Of a DNA stretch of 64,000 nt, positions 61,635-64,000 are shown one piece after another. Each line of letters opens with the position of its first letter. Within the stretch, counting starts at the first letter, position 1. The DNA lies in the IMG/VR virus record IMGVR_UViG_3300032327_000953, positions 128,001 to 192,000 of that record; one strand, 5' to 3'. The notes under the pieces were generated by a model. That model had not been told where the DNA came from, ran no database searches, and saw only the letters and a program-made list of their open reading frames with translations. The stretch is from a virus. Its lineage: Duplodnaviria > Caudoviricetes. A program made the position numbers and the translations under genes.

Positions 61635-62757
61635 ACTCAAACTAGATTTTGACGATGTACTTATCAAGCCAAAGAGGTCAAAATTAGGTAGTAGATCAGA
61701 GGTTAGTCTACAAAGAGATTTTAAATTTTTATATTCCACAAGATCATTATCATGTACTCCCATCATCGCCGCCAACATGGATACAACTGGTAGCATGAGT
61801 ATGGCAAGTGTTCTTTCAAAATTCAATGCCATAACCTGCCTGCACAAACACTACTCAATTGATCAAATAGTTCAATACTTTTCAACAGATGAAAATCCAA
61901 GCTTAAGCTTTTATTCGACAGGAATAAATAAAGCAGATATAGAAAAACTAACAGAAGTTTTTGATAAGCTAAAATCTAAAAATCTTTACATACCTAATAT
62001 CTGTATTGATGTAGCTAACGGTTATAGTGATAGATTTGTAAAAGTAATCAAAAATATTAGAGATTCCTACCCTGATATTATTATTATGGCTGGAAATGTT
62101 GTTACTCCAGAAATGACAGAAGAATTACTAATGCACGGATGCGTTGACATAGTTAAGGTTGGTATAGGTTCGGGGTCTGTGTGTACTACCAGATTAAAAA
62201 CTGGCGTGGGATACCCCCAACTATCCGCTGTGATGGAGTGTGCAGACGCGGCTCATGGAATAGGTGGTCATATTTGTAGCGACGGAGGTTGCAAAATAGT
62301 TGCTGATGTTTGCAAAGCTTTTGGTGGAAATACTGATTTTGTTATGCTTGGAAGTATGTTAGCTGGTACAGATTGCTGTGAAGGAGAATGGGAATATGAA
62401 TATAAATGCGCTAAAGCTGGTATGGCTGGAGAATTTTGGCAACCTTTTTATCCAGGATATGAAACAGAAAAGCGTAAAATAAATCTTAAATTCTATGGTA
62501 TGAGTTCAAGAGATGCTATGGAAAAATATCATAATGGTGTTGCTAATTATAGAACAAGCGAAGGAAGATCAGTAATAATTCCATATAAGGGAACAACCGA
62601 AGAAATTATGCTAGATATTTTAGGTGGACTTCGTAGCTCTTGCACTTATATAGGAGCATCGAAGATCAAAGACTTCGGCAAGAAAACCACATTCATACAA
62701 GTTAATAATACTCATAATAGAGTATATGAAAATAATCCAACCAGGAGTGCAAAATGA
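61615..62757 (+). CDS. guaC: GMP reductase
   Basis: LDFDDVLI.P.RS, IAANMDT, IDVANG, KVGIGSGSVCTTR, SDGGC, FYGMSS, YRTSEG, GGLRS. Confidence 0.93.
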   Translation: MQKIINELKLDFDDVLIKPKRSKLGSRSEVSLQRDFKFLYSTRSLSCTPIIAANMDTTGSMSMASVLSKFNAITCLHKHYSIDQIVQYFSTDENPSLSFYSTGINKADIEKLTEVFDKLKSKNLYIPNICIDVANGYSDRFVKVIKNIRDSYPDIIIMAGNVVTPEMTEELLMHGCVDIVKVGIGSGSVCTTRLKTGVGYPQLSAVMECADAAHGIGGHICSDGGCKIVADVCKAFGGNTDFVMLGSMLAGTDCCEGEWEYEYKCAKAGMAGEFWQPFYPGYETEKRKINLKFYGMSSRDAMEKYHNGVANYRTSEGRSVIIPYKGTTEEIMLDILGGLRSSCTYIGASKIKDFGKKTTFIQVNNTHNRVYENNPTRSAK

Positions 62758-63824
62758 AAGTTAATTTCTATAGTCCAATTGGCTATACAGGTTATGGTGT
62801 AGCAGGAATGAATCTTTTACGAGCAATATCTACAGATAATGAAGTTGCTCTTTTCCCCATTGGACAAATGCATCCAGAGTCTCAAGAAGATTCGGCAGTT
62901 TGTTTAAAAGGTTTTGAAAAGCAAGAAACATACGACCCAGAGGCACCCTGCGTAAAGATATGGCATCAATTTGATTTGGCAACAAGAATTGGGCGAGGTA
63001 AATTCTTTGCATTTCCATTCTTTGAACTTACAGATTTAACAAAAAAAGAAATTCATCATTTGAGTAATGCGGATGAGATTATCGTCACATGCGAATGGGG
63101 CAAAAAAGTTCTTGAACAAAATGGAATAACTAAAAAAATACATACTGTTCCTCTGGGTGTTAATACAAAAATTTTTGATCATAGTATTAAATCATCGCTA
63201 AAAACTGATGACAAATTTATTTTTATGAATATTGGTAAGTGGGAAGTAAGAAAGGGACATGACTTACTTATTGATCTATTTAATGAAACATTTAATGAAT
63301 CAGATAATGTTGAGCTTTGGGTAGCAGCATCTTCTAGCGAGTTAGCATTTACCCAACAAGAAATTGACAAGTGGCATAATCTATATCAAAATTGTAAACT
63401 AAAAAATAAGATCAAAATCTTTCCGAGACTAAATACTCAGACCGAGATTGCTCAATTAATGAGTTATGCAGACTGTGGAGTATTTCCAACTCATGCCGAA
63501 GGGTGGAATTTGGAACTATTAGAGATGATGGCAATGAATAAACCAGTTATAACTACTAATTATTCAGCACATACAGAGTTTTGCACAAAAGACAACTCTT
63601 TCCTTGTAGATATTGACGAATTGGAAAGTGCTAATGATAATAAATATTTTAATGGATTCGGCAAATGGGCCAAAATAGATACTAAACAGTTGGATCAATT
63701 CAAGTACTATATGAGAAAAGTGTATTCAGATAATATAAGATCTAATCCAGAAGGTCTTAAAACGGCTAATAATCTATCTTGGGAAAATGCCGGATCAAAA
63801 CTCATAAAGTGTATATCAAGTTGA
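62754..63824 (+). CDS. GT4-like glycosyltransferase (GT-B)
   Basis: TGYG, PLGVN..IF, NIGKWEVRKG, PTHAEGWNL..LE.MA..KPVITT. Confidence 0.85.
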   Translation: MKVNFYSPIGYTGYGVAGMNLLRAISTDNEVALFPIGQMHPESQEDSAVCLKGFEKQETYDPEAPCVKIWHQFDLATRIGRGKFFAFPFFELTDLTKKEIHHLSNADEIIVTCEWGKKVLEQNGITKKIHTVPLGVNTKIFDHSIKSSLKTDDKFIFMNIGKWEVRKGHDLLIDLFNETFNESDNVELWVAASSSELAFTQQEIDKWHNLYQNCKLKNKIKIFPRLNTQTEIAQLMSYADCGVFPTHAEGWNLELLEMMAMNKPVITTNYSAHTEFCTKDNSFLVDIDELESANDNKYFNGFGKWAKIDTKQLDQFKYYMRKVYSDNIRSNPEGLKTANNLSWENAGSKLIKCISS

Positions 63825-63835
63825 AAGGGATCAAT

Positions 63836-64000
63836 ATGCCAATTCCAAAACCAAATAAAGATGAAGATAAGCAAAAATTTGTTGCTCGCTGTATGGGTGA
63901 CGAAGTAATGAAAAAAGACTACCCAGATTCTAGTCAAAGAGTAGCTATTTGTCTTGGCCAAACTAAAAAGTCCAAGGGAAATTTAATCAATCAAGTACTA
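63836..64000 (+). CDS. 3'-truncated ORF with MPIP.P...F..RCM...KQR.AIC motif, seen in phage head-associated proteins
   Basis: Hand translation MPIPKPNKDEDKQKFVARCMGDEVMKKDYPDSSQRVAIC...; AAAGGGA RBS. Confidence 0.55.
   Translation, partial: MPIPKPNKDEDKQKFVARCMGDEVMKKDYPDSSQRVAICLGQTKKSKGNLINQVL

Noticed and set aside
1-64000. Stop-codon reassignment (alternative genetic code)
   Set aside because: Long conserved genes are uninterrupted under code 11, TAG and TGA end recognisable genes at the expected positions, and no suppressor tRNA is seen.

Overview
This 64-kb window looks like part of a large, AT-rich (about 30-35% GC by eye on sampled lines) tailed dsDNA bacteriophage genome. Most genes are short, tightly packed + strand ORFs driven by many sigma70-type promoters. 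RNA genes: tRNA-Glu (5'-truncated), tRNA-Lys, tRNA-Gly, a tRNA-Leu(UAA) split by a 202-nt group I intron, a tmRNA with tag (A)GEVSTLALAA, and two distorted tRNA-like elements. Protein genes I recognise from motifs: rIIA/rIIB, RuvB, ATP-dependent DNA ligase, ThyX, UvsE, GMP reductase, a RepB-like primase, HNH and EndoVII-type nucleases, three metallophosphoesterases, a macrodomain, PspC, a TraR/DksA zinc finger, many glycosyltransferases, a protease/actin-like ATPase cluster and a Hint-domain protein. A Planctomycetota host is only an inference from the style of small secreted proteins. Strongest leads: (1) seven phased 11-7-11 palindromes flanking a GC-rich DUF932 gene; (2) a Zn-ribbon/RuvA-C-terminal-domain fusion coupled to ruvB; (3) the tRNA group I intron abutting a free-standing HNH gene; (4) a Hedgehog-like non-splicing Hint protein; (5) an actin homologue embedded among three proteases. 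All protein calls come from motif recognition by eye; no database search or folding program was run.
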